A stretch of DNA of 64,000 nucleotides, taken from positions 480,001 through 544,000 of the forward strand of contig CALSNU010000003.1 in NCBI GenBank assembly GCA_943787795.1. Direction: 5' to 3'. Below are positions 1 through 9,229 of this stretch, piece after piece. A model generated the notes under the pieces. It ran no database searches and had not been told where the DNA came from. It saw only the letters and a program-made list of their open reading frames with translations. Position 1 is the first letter of the stretch; the number at the start of each line of letters is the position of its first letter. The stretch is from an uncultured bacterium. Lineage in GTDB: Bacteria > Planctomycetota > UBA1135 > GCA-002686595. The position numbers and the translations under genes were made by a program.

Positions 1-2
1 AC

Positions 3-434
3 CACTTCAGCGCGGTCTATGACTTCGGCGACGGGGTGAAGGGCTTCTTCTCCTGCCGCCAGATCGCCGGCGCCTTCCGCGACGTGTCGGATCACGCCTA
101 TGGCACCAAGGGCATCGCGCACCTGCAGTCCCACCGGATCGAGGGCGAGACCAACTGGCGCTACCGAAACCCCGGGGTGCCGGACAACATGTACCAGAAC
201 GAACACAACGAGCTGTTCGCCTCCATCCGCGCGGGCAAGCCCATCCACAACGGCGACTACATGTGCCGCGCGACGCTGCTCGCGCTCATGGGCCGTATGT
301 CGGCCTACACGGGCCAGGAGATCTCCTGGAACCAGGCGCTGGAGTCCAAGGAGGACCTCGCGCCCAAGAGCTACGACTTCATCGACAACCCCGTGAAGCC
401 GGTGGCCCAGCCGGGCATCACGCCGTTCGTCTGA
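3..434 (+). CDS. Gfo/Idh/MocA family oxidoreductase, C-terminal part (5' truncated by window edge)
   Basis: Frame open from window start (HFSAVYDFGDGVKGFFSCRQ); C-terminal YQNEHNELFASIRAG...LMGRMSAYTGQEISW...PVAQPG typical of planctomycete Gfo/Idh/MocA proteins. Confidence 0.75.
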   Translation, partial: HFSAVYDFGDGVKGFFSCRQIAGAFRDVSDHAYGTKGIAHLQSHRIEGETNWRYRNPGVPDNMYQNEHNELFASIRAGKPIHNGDYMCRATLLALMGRMSAYTGQEISWNQALESKEDLAPKSYDFIDNPVKPVAQPGITPFV

Positions 435-524
435 GCCACGCTTCAGGACCTCTTCTGGAGGTTCCTGCCCATCGGAGCCCGCGGGATCGTCGATCCTGCG
501 GGCTCCGGTCCGTAAAACTAGGGC

Positions 525-1595
525 ATGACCGACCCCGCACCCGCCGGCCCCCGCCCGGCTCCGATGGAGCCGCCCTCCACCGAGCGCCGGATCCAGACCG
601 TTTGCCTCCTGATCCTGGCCTCCATCGCGGTCGGGGCCACGCTGCAGGCGCTGCGGGACGTGATGATCCCCTTCGCCCTGGCCCTCTTCCTCGCCCTGGC
701 GCTCTCGCCGGTCGTGGACCAGCTAGCCGCCCGCACCCGCCTCTCCAGGGCGGTGTCGGTGGGCCTGACCATGCTCCTCGGGGCGCTGCTCCTGGTCATC
801 GTCGGCGGCGTGGTGGCCTCGTCGCTCAAGGAGTTCGAGGCCATCGGAAAGACGGCCTCCGAGGGTCAGGCCGAGGGCGGGCTCGACGCGCTGCTCAAGA
901 CCGTGGGCCTCGATGCCTACGCCGACAAGATCGAGGAGACCCTCCGCGGGCTCCTGCCCCAGCTCGTCAGCGTCCTGGGGTCGCTGCTCTCCCAGGGCGT
1001 GACCGTCCTCATCTTCATGATGTTCCTCCTGCTGGAGCAGGGCCGCCCGGGCCGCTCCAAGGGGGCGGGGGCCGGCGCGGCGGCGGGCTCGATGCAGAGC
1101 ACGGTGCGCGACGGCGTCCAGCAGTACATCTCCGTGAAGATGGTCACCTCCGCGGTGACCGGCATCGCCGTGGGCTCGATCCTGATGGCGCTCAAGGTGC
1201 CAGCGGCGGTGCTCTTCGGGGTCCTGACGTTCATGCTCAACTTCATCCCGACCATCGGCTCGGTGGTGGCCGTGGCCTTGCCAGTGCCCGTGCTGCTGGC
1301 CGGGGGCGCGGACTTCTTGACCCTGGGCCTCGCCGTGGCGCTGCCCGGCGCCGTGCAGTTCGTGGTGGGGCAGATCTGGGAGAACAAGCTGCTCGGGGAT
1401 CGGTTCGATCTGCGGGCCTCGGTGGTGCTGCTGGGCCTGGTCTTCTGGGGGCACATCTGGGGCATCGTCGGGATGATCCTCGCGACGCCGATCACCGCCG
1501 TGCTGAAGACGCTCATGCGTGGCTCCGAGCTCACCCAGCCGGTGGCCTCGCTCATGGGGCAGCCTGCTCCCAAGGCGCCGGACGCTCCGGACTGA
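525..1595 (+). CDS. AI-2E (PerM/TqsA) family transporter
   Basis: 356 aa, multiple TM helices, LNFIPTIGS and LVFWGHIWGIVGMILATPITA motifs of the AI-2E family. Confidence 0.9.
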   Translation: MTDPAPAGPRPAPMEPPSTERRIQTVCLLILASIAVGATLQALRDVMIPFALALFLALALSPVVDQLAARTRLSRAVSVGLTMLLGALLLVIVGGVVASSLKEFEAIGKTASEGQAEGGLDALLKTVGLDAYADKIEETLRGLLPQLVSVLGSLLSQGVTVLIFMMFLLLEQGRPGRSKGAGAGAAAGSMQSTVRDGVQQYISVKMVTSAVTGIAVGSILMALKVPAAVLFGVLTFMLNFIPTIGSVVAVALPVPVLLAGGADFLTLGLAVALPGAVQFVVGQIWENKLLGDRFDLRASVVLLGLVFWGHIWGIVGMILATPITAVLKTLMRGSELTQPVASLMGQPAPKAPDAPD

Positions 1596-2041
1596 TGGCC
1601 GGGGCCGGATCGATGATCGAGGTCGCCGCCGCCGTGATCGTGCGCGGGGGGCGGGTCCTGGTGGCCCGCCGGGCCAGGCCGGCGTCGTTGGCTGGAATGT
1701 GGGAGTTCCCCGGCGGCAAGCTCGAGCGCGGCGAGACCGGGCAGGAGGCGCTCGCACGGGAGATCGTCGAGGAGCTGGACCTGAGGGTTGAGGTCGGCGG
1801 TGTCCTTGGGAGCTCTCTTCGAGTTCCTCCGGGCGAAGCCGCGGCGGACCTGCGGCTGACCGCGTACGCTGCGCGCCCCGCGGACCAAGACCAGGAGCCC
1901 CGGCTCGTGGATGGGACCCACGACGAGCTCCGATGGGTCACCGCGGGGGAGCTCCCGTCCCTCGAACTCGCCCCCCTGGACGTGCCCCTCGTGGAGGGCG
2001 CCGTCGCCTTCCTCGACGCCCCAGATGATCACCTTCGCTGA
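1595..2041 (+). CDS. NUDIX hydrolase, MutT/NudG-like (deoxy)nucleoside triphosphate pyrophosphohydrolase
   Basis: Nudix box WEFPGGKLERGETGQEALAREIVEELD; ATG overlaps upstream TGA (TGATG); alternative start 1613; is the 3' part of ORF-track 263..2041. Confidence 0.9.
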   Translation: MAGAGSMIEVAAAVIVRGGRVLVARRARPASLAGMWEFPGGKLERGETGQEALAREIVEELDLRVEVGGVLGSSLRVPPGEAAADLRLTAYAARPADQDQEPRLVDGTHDELRWVTAGELPSLELAPLDVPLVEGAVAFLDAPDDHLR

Positions 2042-3239
2042 ATCCCAGGCGCTCCTCGAGCGCCTCGACGTCGCCGATCGCGCCCACCGCACCGAGCGCT
2101 GTGACCTGCGCGCCGCCCGCGGCCGCGTCCTCGCCAGCGACGTCAGGATCGACCGGGACCAGCCGGGCTTTGATCGCGCCACCATGGATGGCTACGCCGT
2201 GGTCCCCGACGGCGACCGAGCGGACTTCGACGTGGTGGGCACGGTCACCGCGGGCACCTCCCATGAGGGCCCCCTGGGCCCGGGGCAGGCGGTGAGGATC
2301 ATGACCGGAGCGCCTGCTCCTGGGGGCACGACGGTCGTCCCCGTGGAGCGCACCTCCCCTCTCGAGGACGGGGCCCGCGTCCAGCTTGACGCGGCACCGG
2401 CGCCGGCAAAGAACATCGCCTGGCGAGGGGAGGACGCGCGCGAGGGCGACACCCTCGTGGCGTGCGGTACGCGCCTCGGCCCGGCCCACCTCTCGGTGGC
2501 CGCGATGGCTGGCGCGACGGAGGTCGAGGTCTTCTCGCGCCCTAGCGTCTCGGTCGTGACCACCGGCGACGAGGTCGGGGCGTCTGGCAAGGCGGGGATC
2601 CGGGACAGCAACGGCCCCCTGCTCGACGCGCTCATGAGCGCCCTGGAGGTCGAGGTGACCCGCCGCCACGCCAGGGACCAGGAGGGCGAGCTGCGGGCCG
2701 CTCTCGAGGGCGCCGCCGCCGGCGCCGACGTCGTGGTCACCACGGGCGGCGTCAGCATGGGGGAGCGCGATCTGGTCCCGGCGACCCTCGCCGAGCTCGG
2801 CTACGAGACGGTCTTCCACAAGGTCCAGGTGCAGCCGGGTAAGCCCGTCCTCGTGGCGCGCCGACCGGACGGCGCGCTCTTCGTGGGCCTGCCCGGGAAC
2901 CCGGTCAGCGTGCTCGCCACGGCGCACCTGTTCCTGATGCCCGCGCTCGGCCTCTTCCTTGGCGGCTGGCGCCCGGCCAGCTTCGACGTGCCCATGGCCG
3001 GTGCCTACGAGCACAAGGGTCGACGCCACCTGTTCCTGCCCGCCTCCTTCGAGGGCGGCGGGGTCGTCCCCGCGCGCTGGAACGGTAGCGGCGACCTTAT
3101 CGCGGCTGCCGCAGCGGACGGGCTCGTGGAGCTCCCCGTGGGCGCCACCTTCGCGGCGGGAGACCCCGCCCGCTTCATCCCCTACGTCGGCCACGCGCTC
3201 GCTGAGCGCGCCGCGATGCCGCCGCGTAGCGCGCGCTGA
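2025..3239 (+). CDS. moeA: molybdopterin molybdotransferase MoeA
   Basis: FDRATMDGYA, IMTGAP, TGDEV, DSNGP, TTGGVSMG, QPGKP, GLPGNPVS motifs; ATG 2025 overlaps the NUDIX gene end. Confidence 0.95.
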   Translation: MITFAESQALLERLDVADRAHRTERCDLRAARGRVLASDVRIDRDQPGFDRATMDGYAVVPDGDRADFDVVGTVTAGTSHEGPLGPGQAVRIMTGAPAPGGTTVVPVERTSPLEDGARVQLDAAPAPAKNIAWRGEDAREGDTLVACGTRLGPAHLSVAAMAGATEVEVFSRPSVSVVTTGDEVGASGKAGIRDSNGPLLDALMSALEVEVTRRHARDQEGELRAALEGAAAGADVVVTTGGVSMGERDLVPATLAELGYETVFHKVQVQPGKPVLVARRPDGALFVGLPGNPVSVLATAHLFLMPALGLFLGGWRPASFDVPMAGAYEHKGRRHLFLPASFEGGGVVPARWNGSGDLIAAAAADGLVELPVGATFAAGDPARFIPYVGHALAERAAMPPRSAR

Positions 3240-3313
3240 TCCGGACGCTGCACTGAGCGCAGCGCCTCCCCAACCCCTCAATGAACGTGTCCGGCAATCG
3301 CCGGTGAGTGACC

Positions 3314-3850
3314 ATGACGAACAAGGCGAAGATCGGTGTCGTGACCGTCTCGGACCGCGCCAGCCGGGGAGAGTACGAGGACCTCGGGGGGCCCGCGATT
3401 CACGCGACCTTCGAGGAGTACCTGACCTCCGAGTGGGAGGCCGTTCCGCGGGTGATCCCGGATGATCAAGGCCTGATCGAGCGGACCCTGGTGGAGCTGA
3501 TCGACGAGGAGGGGTGCGACCTCGTGGTGACCACGGGCGGCACGGGGCCCGCGCCCCGGGACGTGACCCCGGAGGCCACGGAGGCGGTCATGCACAAGCC
3601 CATGCCCGGCTTCGGGGAGCTCATGCGGCAGGTGAGCCTGCAGTACGTGCCCACCGCGATCCTCTCCCGCCAGACCGCGGGGATCCGCGGCAAGGCGCTC
3701 ATCGTGAACCTGCCGGGCAAGCCCAGCGCGATCCGCCAGTGCCTCGACGCGGTGTTCCCGGCGATCCCCTACTGCCTCGACCTCACGGGGGCGGCGCGCC
3801 TCGAGGCCGACGAGGCCGTGATCAAGGTCTTCAGGCCGAAGAAGAAGTGA
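3314..3850 (+). CDS. mogA: molybdopterin adenylyltransferase MogA
   Basis: TVSDRAS, TTGGTGPAPRDVTPEAT, MPGFGELMR, PTAILSRQ, NLPGKP motifs; downstream of moeA. Confidence 0.95.
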   Translation: MTNKAKIGVVTVSDRASRGEYEDLGGPAIHATFEEYLTSEWEAVPRVIPDDQGLIERTLVELIDEEGCDLVVTTGGTGPAPRDVTPEATEAVMHKPMPGFGELMRQVSLQYVPTAILSRQTAGIRGKALIVNLPGKPSAIRQCLDAVFPAIPYCLDLTGAARLEADEAVIKVFRPKKK

Positions 3851-3902
3851 GGGTGCGCCGGGCGGCGGCAGGTGCGCCCGGGCCGGCCCGCGCCCAGGCG
3901 GC

Positions 3903-4370
3903 TCAGGGTCGACGCGTCGGGAGGCGCAGGATGTAGCCAGCGCCGATCAGCGCCAGCGCCGCGACCGCGATGGACGGAGCGAGGCGCTCGCGGAGCGGCA
4001 CCAGCAGGGCGAACGTCACAAAGCCCGCCATCATGGAGAGCGCGGTGAGCTTGACCCGCAGGCTCACGCCCCGCCCGGCGCGGAAGTCCTCGATCAGCGG
4101 GCCGAAGGTGGGATTGCGGAGCAGCCAGGCGTAGAGCCGGGGAGAGCTCCGCGCGAAGCACGCGGCGGCCAGGAGGAGCAGCGGGGTGGTAGGCAGGCCG
4201 GGGACGATGACCCCCACGGCGCCGACGGCCACGAAGGCGAGGCCCAGCAGCGCCCACAGCGCCCGAGAGAGGCCAGAGCGTGAGCCCGCGAGGCGCTCTG
4301 CGGCCGCCACGCGCTCCGCCTCGCTGGGGGGCGTGCCGTGGGGATGCCGATCGGGCTCGGTGGGGGCCAT
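3903..4370 (-). CDS. YbaN/DUF454 family inner membrane protein
   Basis: GVIVPGLPTTPLLLLAAACFARSSPRLYAWL...FGPLI signature; start chosen at ATG 4370 (uncertain). Confidence 0.85.
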   Translation of the reverse strand: MAPTEPDRHPHGTPPSEAERVAAAERLAGSRSGLSRALWALLGLAFVAVGAVGVIVPGLPTTPLLLLAAACFARSSPRLYAWLLRNPTFGPLIEDFRAGRGVSLRVKLTALSMMAGFVTFALLVPLRERLAPSIAVAALALIGAGYILRLPTRRP

Positions 4371-4389
4371 CTCGTGGGGCACGGCGCCG

Positions 4390-5379
4390 TCAGCGACCGC
4401 CTGAAGAGCTGCCGGAAGAGCTGCCGGAAGGGCTGACGGGGGAGGCTGCGCCGCGGGGTGTTCCACTCGGGGGGGCGTCCCCTCGGCCGGCTGGCGACTC
4501 CGACGAACGAGCGCGTCCTTCGAGCCTGAGTTGGATGACCTTGCGCTGCTCGGGTGTGAAGGACTGGGGGTCGATCTCGACGGCCACGCCCCAGGCCTCG
4601 AAGGCCTCATCGATCCGGTCGGCGTCCTGCAGCGCGATGCCGTAGTTATTCCACGTGCCCGCGCTCAGGTCTCCATCCTCGATCAGCCGCTCGTAGCCCT
4701 CGATCGCAGCGTTGAGCCGGCCCTCCTGCAGGTCGCGATCGGCGGTGATCCTCAGGTACCGCGCCGGCGCGGAATACTGGGGCACGACGGCCATCGCGGC
4801 CACGACGGCGCCGAGGACCAGCGGCGCCACCCAGCGACGCCGCAGGCCGCAGGCAAAGCCCATGAGCCCACCGCCGAAGTGGGCCGCGTTGGCCACGGCG
4901 AGGACGCCGAGCTCGGTGAGCGCGATGCAGAGGATGAACCACCCGAGGAAGAACCGGATCAGGCGGGCGTCGATCACGCCAAAGAAGCGCGGGTCGTACT
5001 TGCCCCTGGCGAAGGCGTAGAAGGCGAAGCCGTACACGATGCCCGAGAGGCCCACGGCGCTGTGCATCATGGCGGCCTCGAGGCCGCTGGCGGCGATGGC
5101 GCAGATGACCGTGAGGACGGCCGTGACGGGGGAGCCCATTCGGGATTCGATCACGCGCCCGAGCATCCAGACCCAGTAGACGTTGAACAGCAGGTGGAAC
5201 GGTCCGCCGTGGGGCAGGATGCACGTCACGAGTCGCCAGGGCTCGGAGAGGGCGAGGCTGGGGAGCAGCATCAGGTGCTCCACGCTTCGCCCGCTGGCGT
5301 CGGCCAGGAAGGCGGCGATGGCTCCGACGATCATCACCGCGGTGACGGGGAAGCGCTGGGCGTCTTGGATCAAGCTCAT
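4390..5379 (-). CDS. rhomboid family intramembrane serine protease with C-terminal TPR
   Basis: EPWR, HLLFN, catalytic GLSG (Ser) and AHFGG (His); TPR-like WNNYGIALQDADRIDEAFEAWGVAVEIDP. Confidence 0.9.
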   Translation of the reverse strand: MSLIQDAQRFPVTAVMIVGAIAAFLADASGRSVEHLMLLPSLALSEPWRLVTCILPHGGPFHLLFNVYWVWMLGRVIESRMGSPVTAVLTVICAIAASGLEAAMMHSAVGLSGIVYGFAFYAFARGKYDPRFFGVIDARLIRFFLGWFILCIALTELGVLAVANAAHFGGGLMGFACGLRRRWVAPLVLGAVVAAMAVVPQYSAPARYLRITADRDLQEGRLNAAIEGYERLIEDGDLSAGTWNNYGIALQDADRIDEAFEAWGVAVEIDPQSFTPEQRKVIQLRLEGRARSSESPAGRGDAPPSGTPRGAASPVSPSGSSSGSSSGGR

Positions 5380-6497
5380 TGGGAAACTCCGCCGCGGCCG
5401 CTGCGGCGCCGACGCCGCGTCGAGATGGCGGCGAGCACAACGATGAACACGATGACCGCCGGGGTCCAGACCAGGCGGGGCTTCTCGGGAGGATCAGGGG
5501 GACCTTCGCGCTCCCCGGGCATCTGATCGGGAGCGGGGGTGCTGGCATCGGAGCCAGGGCGGATGGACACGGGCAGGGGGCCTGCGCTCAGCGTCCGGTA
5601 GCCCGGCGGATGGGCTTCAGGGTCGAAGGTGACCAGCGTGACGGCCGGCGTCGCGGTGGGGGCGGTGGAGGTGGCCTCGAGGTCGTACCGAAAGACGCGC
5701 CCGAACTGCCGCTCGGCCCTGGTGCGCTCGCTGCGTGTCCCGACCAGGCGCAGCCCGTCGACCGCGGCGAGGCGCGGCTCAGCCCGACCCTCGTTGAGGC
5801 TGCCGCCGAGAACGGCCACCTCGAACTGCAGAGTCTCGCCCACTCGAGCCCGATTGGGCTCGATGCTCACCTCCATGGTGAGGGGGCCGACGGCCCCCTC
5901 GAAGTCGATGGGCTGATCCTCCTCGGGGAGGGGGCGCACCGCGAGGGAGACCGAGGGGCCGCGGACGGAGCGCTCGACCCGCTCCACTGGCACCGAGCCG
6001 CGCACGAGGTCCTCCCTGAATGCGGAGCTGACCGCGTAGCGCCCCGTGGCCTCGGGCAGCCGGATCGGGCCCGGGCGACGGGCGCGGGCGAAGCGAGTCA
6101 GGCGGAGCCGCGTCACCCTCGGATCCGGATCCTCATCCTCGGCCCGGACGATCTCGCCGTCGAGGACGAGGGAGCAGCCCCCACCCTCCTCTCGGGGCAG
6201 CAGCTCCAGCGGCTCCATGGACTCCAGCGGCTGGAGGGCTTCGAGCTGGAGGGGAAGCCCGAGGGGTTGAGGGAAGAGCTGGACGAAGCCGCCCTCGTCG
6301 GTCGCCGTCGCCGTGACCTCGAGGGTTAGCTCGAATGTCTGCCCCGGGTAAATGTCCCCGGCGGGCACGACCCACCGCAGCTCGATCTCCTGGGCCTGGA
6401 GAGGGCCGCCGGTCGCGAGAGCGATGGCCGCTGCGAGGGCCAAGAGGCCGTGCCGCAGCCGAGGCGCGGGGATAAGGGGTTGGAGTGGATGGACCAT
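5376..6497 (-). CDS. BatD-like secreted protein with C-terminal TM anchor
   Basis: Signal peptide, Ig-like repeats with VRPLPEE..F.GAVG and VGETL motifs, Pro-rich linker, C-terminal TM helix followed by RRRRR. Confidence 0.65.
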   Translation of the reverse strand: MVHPLQPLIPAPRLRHGLLALAAAIALATGGPLQAQEIELRWVVPAGDIYPGQTFELTLEVTATATDEGGFVQLFPQPLGLPLQLEALQPLESMEPLELLPREEGGGCSLVLDGEIVRAEDEDPDPRVTRLRLTRFARARRPGPIRLPEATGRYAVSSAFREDLVRGSVPVERVERSVRGPSVSLAVRPLPEEDQPIDFEGAVGPLTMEVSIEPNRARVGETLQFEVAVLGGSLNEGRAEPRLAAVDGLRLVGTRSERTRAERQFGRVFRYDLEATSTAPTATPAVTLVTFDPEAHPPGYRTLSAGPLPVSIRPGSDASTPAPDQMPGEREGPPDPPEKPRLVWTPAVIVFIVVLAAISTRRRRRSGRGGVSQ

Positions 6498-6577
6498 CGG
6501 GGCGGGCTTGCCTGAAGGAGCGATGAGACCCTAGCCCATCGTGTGACTAGGATTGGAGCCCTGACATCGGATCTCCG

Positions 6578-8989
6578 GTGCCCAAGACCATGATCTCCAT
6601 CCTCGCCCTCGCCGCGTCCGTCGTCCCACTCTTCGCCCCGCAGGACCCGACCCGGGGTGCTGATCCCACCCAGGGGGCGCCCGCCTCACAGGAGGATGCT
6701 CGCCAGAGGTCCGACGGCCCCGCGGCAGGCAGGCAGCAGCCCGGGTCGCAGGCGCAGGAGGGCGCGATCCCCGGCCCGTCTCCGCTCCAGCGGGGCGGCC
6801 CCGCCCCCGGCAGCCGAGAGGCCATGTGGCCTGCGCCCACCGCCGAGGACTGGGCCAAGCCGGTGCAGATCACCTGGCAGCGCACCTGGGAGGACGCCAT
6901 GGCGACCTCCAAGGAGACCGGCAAGCCGATCATGGTCGCGGTCAACATGGACGGCGAGATCGCGAGCGAGCACTACGCGGGCATCCGCTACCGCGACCCG
7001 GAGGTGGGCAAGCTCTTCGAGCCCTATGTCAACGTGATCGCGTCGGTGTACCGCCACAACCCGCGGGACTATGACGAGAACGGGAACCGCATCCCCTGCC
7101 CTCGCTTTGGCTGCGTGACCTGCGGTGAGCACATCGCCATGGAGCCCATCGTGTACGAACGGTATCTCGACGAGACGCGCGTGGCGCCGCGCCACATCGG
7201 CGTGGAGCTCGACGGCACCGAGTACTACGACGTGTTCTACGCCCTCGACGTGACCTCGGTCATCGAGTCCTGGCGAGAGGGCATCGAGGACCGCGAGGAC
7301 ACCTCGCTCCCGCCTAACAATGACAAGTCCGAGGAGCAGCTCCTCTCGAGCCGCTCGGTGCGCGATCGCATGCTCGTGGAGCAGCGCTTCCGGACCGCGA
7401 AGCGCCAGGAGCGGCTCAAGGTCCTGGACCTCACCTCGAAGCTCGGCCTCGGCGCGCCCCTCGAGGTGCTGCGCCTCGCGCTCTTCGGTCTCGACGTGGA
7501 GGTCGCCTCCCGCGCGCGGAGCGTGCTGGCGGAGCAGCGGTCCGAGGCGGCCATCGACCTGATCGCAGAGGCGCTCGCGGTGCCGATGCCGGACGCCGAG
7601 CGCCAGATGCTCATCGGCGCCCTCGAGGCCATGGGGGGGCAGTTCCCCCGGGCCCGCTCCCTGAGCGTGACCCTGCGCGGGCTCGACGAGTCCGCGGGGA
7701 GCGAGGAGTTTCAGGCCCTCGCCCGGACCCTGGCGACCCGGCGGCGGGATGAGGTCGCCGTGGAGCGCTACGAGCTGGAGACGCGCATGGAGCGCGCCGC
7801 GGCCCGGACCGTCGCGACCCCCGAGGAGCGCGGGCTCGCGGAGCTGGAGCGCGCCGAGGCGACCCTGCGGCTCGCCGTGGATCCGGGCGCGGGAGTCGGG
7901 GTGGCCGCCGGCAGGGGGGCGAGCCAGCGCCTCCAGCAGATGCGCTGCAAGGACGCCCTTGAGGCAGCCGCGGCGGCACGAGAGCTCGGCGTCGCGAGCT
8001 GGCGCGTCGACGCGGTCACGGGGCTGGCGGCGAATCAGCTCGGGGACGCCGAGCTGAGCGCTCCTGCGATCCTGAGGGCCCTCCAGACCATGCTCAGCTC
8101 TCCCGACGCCGCCGCCAGCGACACGGCTGCGGGCTGGATCGGGATGGGGACGCTGTCCCTCGCCGCGGACCTCCGCATGGGAGAGATCTTCGCCGCAGCG
8201 CGAGCGGACGAGGCCTGGCCCAAGGAGTGGATGAGCGAGGTCAACGCCGCCTTCGACTTACTGGCGCAGCACCCGCTCGGCACGGAGCAGCAGGTCGCCA
8301 AGCACCACGACTTCCTCGTCCGCATGGGCGCGCGCGGGCGAGCCTTCGAGGTGCTCACGCGTGGTGTGGCTACCCACGAGGGGAGCTGGGACCTTCACGC
8401 GCGCCTGCGGGACCGGCTGCTCATGAAGAGCGGCGTCAAGGGCATGGAGCAGACCTACGCCGCCATGACCGGCCGCCCCGGCGCGAGCGCATCCGTGGCC
8501 TGGTATGCGGGCTATGCGGGCATGGTGGCCGGCGAGTTCCGCCGCAGGCGCTCGCAGAACGAGGCCGCGCTCGCGTCCTATGACAAGGCGATCGCTCACT
8601 TCGCCCAGGCCATCGAGCGCGACCCGAGCGTCGAGTCCACCGCCGCTCATTACTGCGCCATGTCCCTTGCGGGCAAGGCCGCGGTGAAGCTTGAGCAGGA
8701 CAAGCTGGCCGAGGCCACCGACCTCCTGATCGCCTCATTCCAGCGCTGGCCCCGAGCGGCGAACGCCCTGGATGGAATGAACGCCTCGGCGGTGACCACC
8801 TCCAACTTCGTCTCGGCGAGGCTCGCCTGGGCCGGCATGGACGAGGACGCTGCCCGCCTCGCCGAGGCCCGGGAGGGCCTCCCCACGGAGCTCCTGGCCC
8901 CGCCGGCGTTCGAGACGCCGCCTGACACGCCTGCCGCGCGGAACCGTGATCGCCGCGGCCGGCAGCGACGCGGGCGGCAGGGCCGCTGA
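6578..8989 (+). CDS. secreted hypothetical protein: thioredoxin-like N-terminus, Cys/His motif, HEAT/TPR-like helical C-terminus
   Basis: 803 aa, signal peptide, WEDAMATSKETGKPIMVAV (thioredoxin-like), CPRFGCVTCGEH, helical repeats; start may be ATG 6590. Confidence 0.7.
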   Translation: MPKTMISILALAASVVPLFAPQDPTRGADPTQGAPASQEDARQRSDGPAAGRQQPGSQAQEGAIPGPSPLQRGGPAPGSREAMWPAPTAEDWAKPVQITWQRTWEDAMATSKETGKPIMVAVNMDGEIASEHYAGIRYRDPEVGKLFEPYVNVIASVYRHNPRDYDENGNRIPCPRFGCVTCGEHIAMEPIVYERYLDETRVAPRHIGVELDGTEYYDVFYALDVTSVIESWREGIEDREDTSLPPNNDKSEEQLLSSRSVRDRMLVEQRFRTAKRQERLKVLDLTSKLGLGAPLEVLRLALFGLDVEVASRARSVLAEQRSEAAIDLIAEALAVPMPDAERQMLIGALEAMGGQFPRARSLSVTLRGLDESAGSEEFQALARTLATRRRDEVAVERYELETRMERAAARTVATPEERGLAELERAEATLRLAVDPGAGVGVAAGRGASQRLQQMRCKDALEAAAAARELGVASWRVDAVTGLAANQLGDAELSAPAILRALQTMLSSPDAAASDTAAGWIGMGTLSLAADLRMGEIFAAARADEAWPKEWMSEVNAAFDLLAQHPLGTEQQVAKHHDFLVRMGARGRAFEVLTRGVATHEGSWDLHARLRDRLLMKSGVKGMEQTYAAMTGRPGASASVAWYAGYAGMVAGEFRRRRSQNEAALASYDKAIAHFAQAIERDPSVESTAAHYCAMSLAGKAAVKLEQDKLAEATDLLIASFQRWPRAANALDGMNASAVTTSNFVSARLAWAGMDEDAARLAEAREGLPTELLAPPAFETPPDTPAARNRDRRGRQRRGRQGR

Positions 8990-9229
8990 CCTCGGCGCCC
9001 TCGCCGCTGCGTTGACGCGGCCGCGGGGGCTCGGGCGCGACCAGGGTTGAGACAGTCCGGCGGCCCCTCAGGGATGCGCTCGGCCGGAGGGTGAGCCGCA
9101 ATCGTCAAGGAAGTGTCTCACCTCTGGGGAGTCGCCCGGCGGCGGAGGACGGCTGGCACAGGCGGGCTATAGTCAGGACCTCGCCCCGGCGGTTCCCCGG
9201 GGCAGGCAGCTACCTGCCAGGCGCACCCC

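Noticed and set aside
263..2041. 592-aa ORF as a large Nudix fusion
   Set aside because: The N-terminal 444 codons are an off-frame overlap of the AI-2E gene; the real gene starts at 1595 or 1613.
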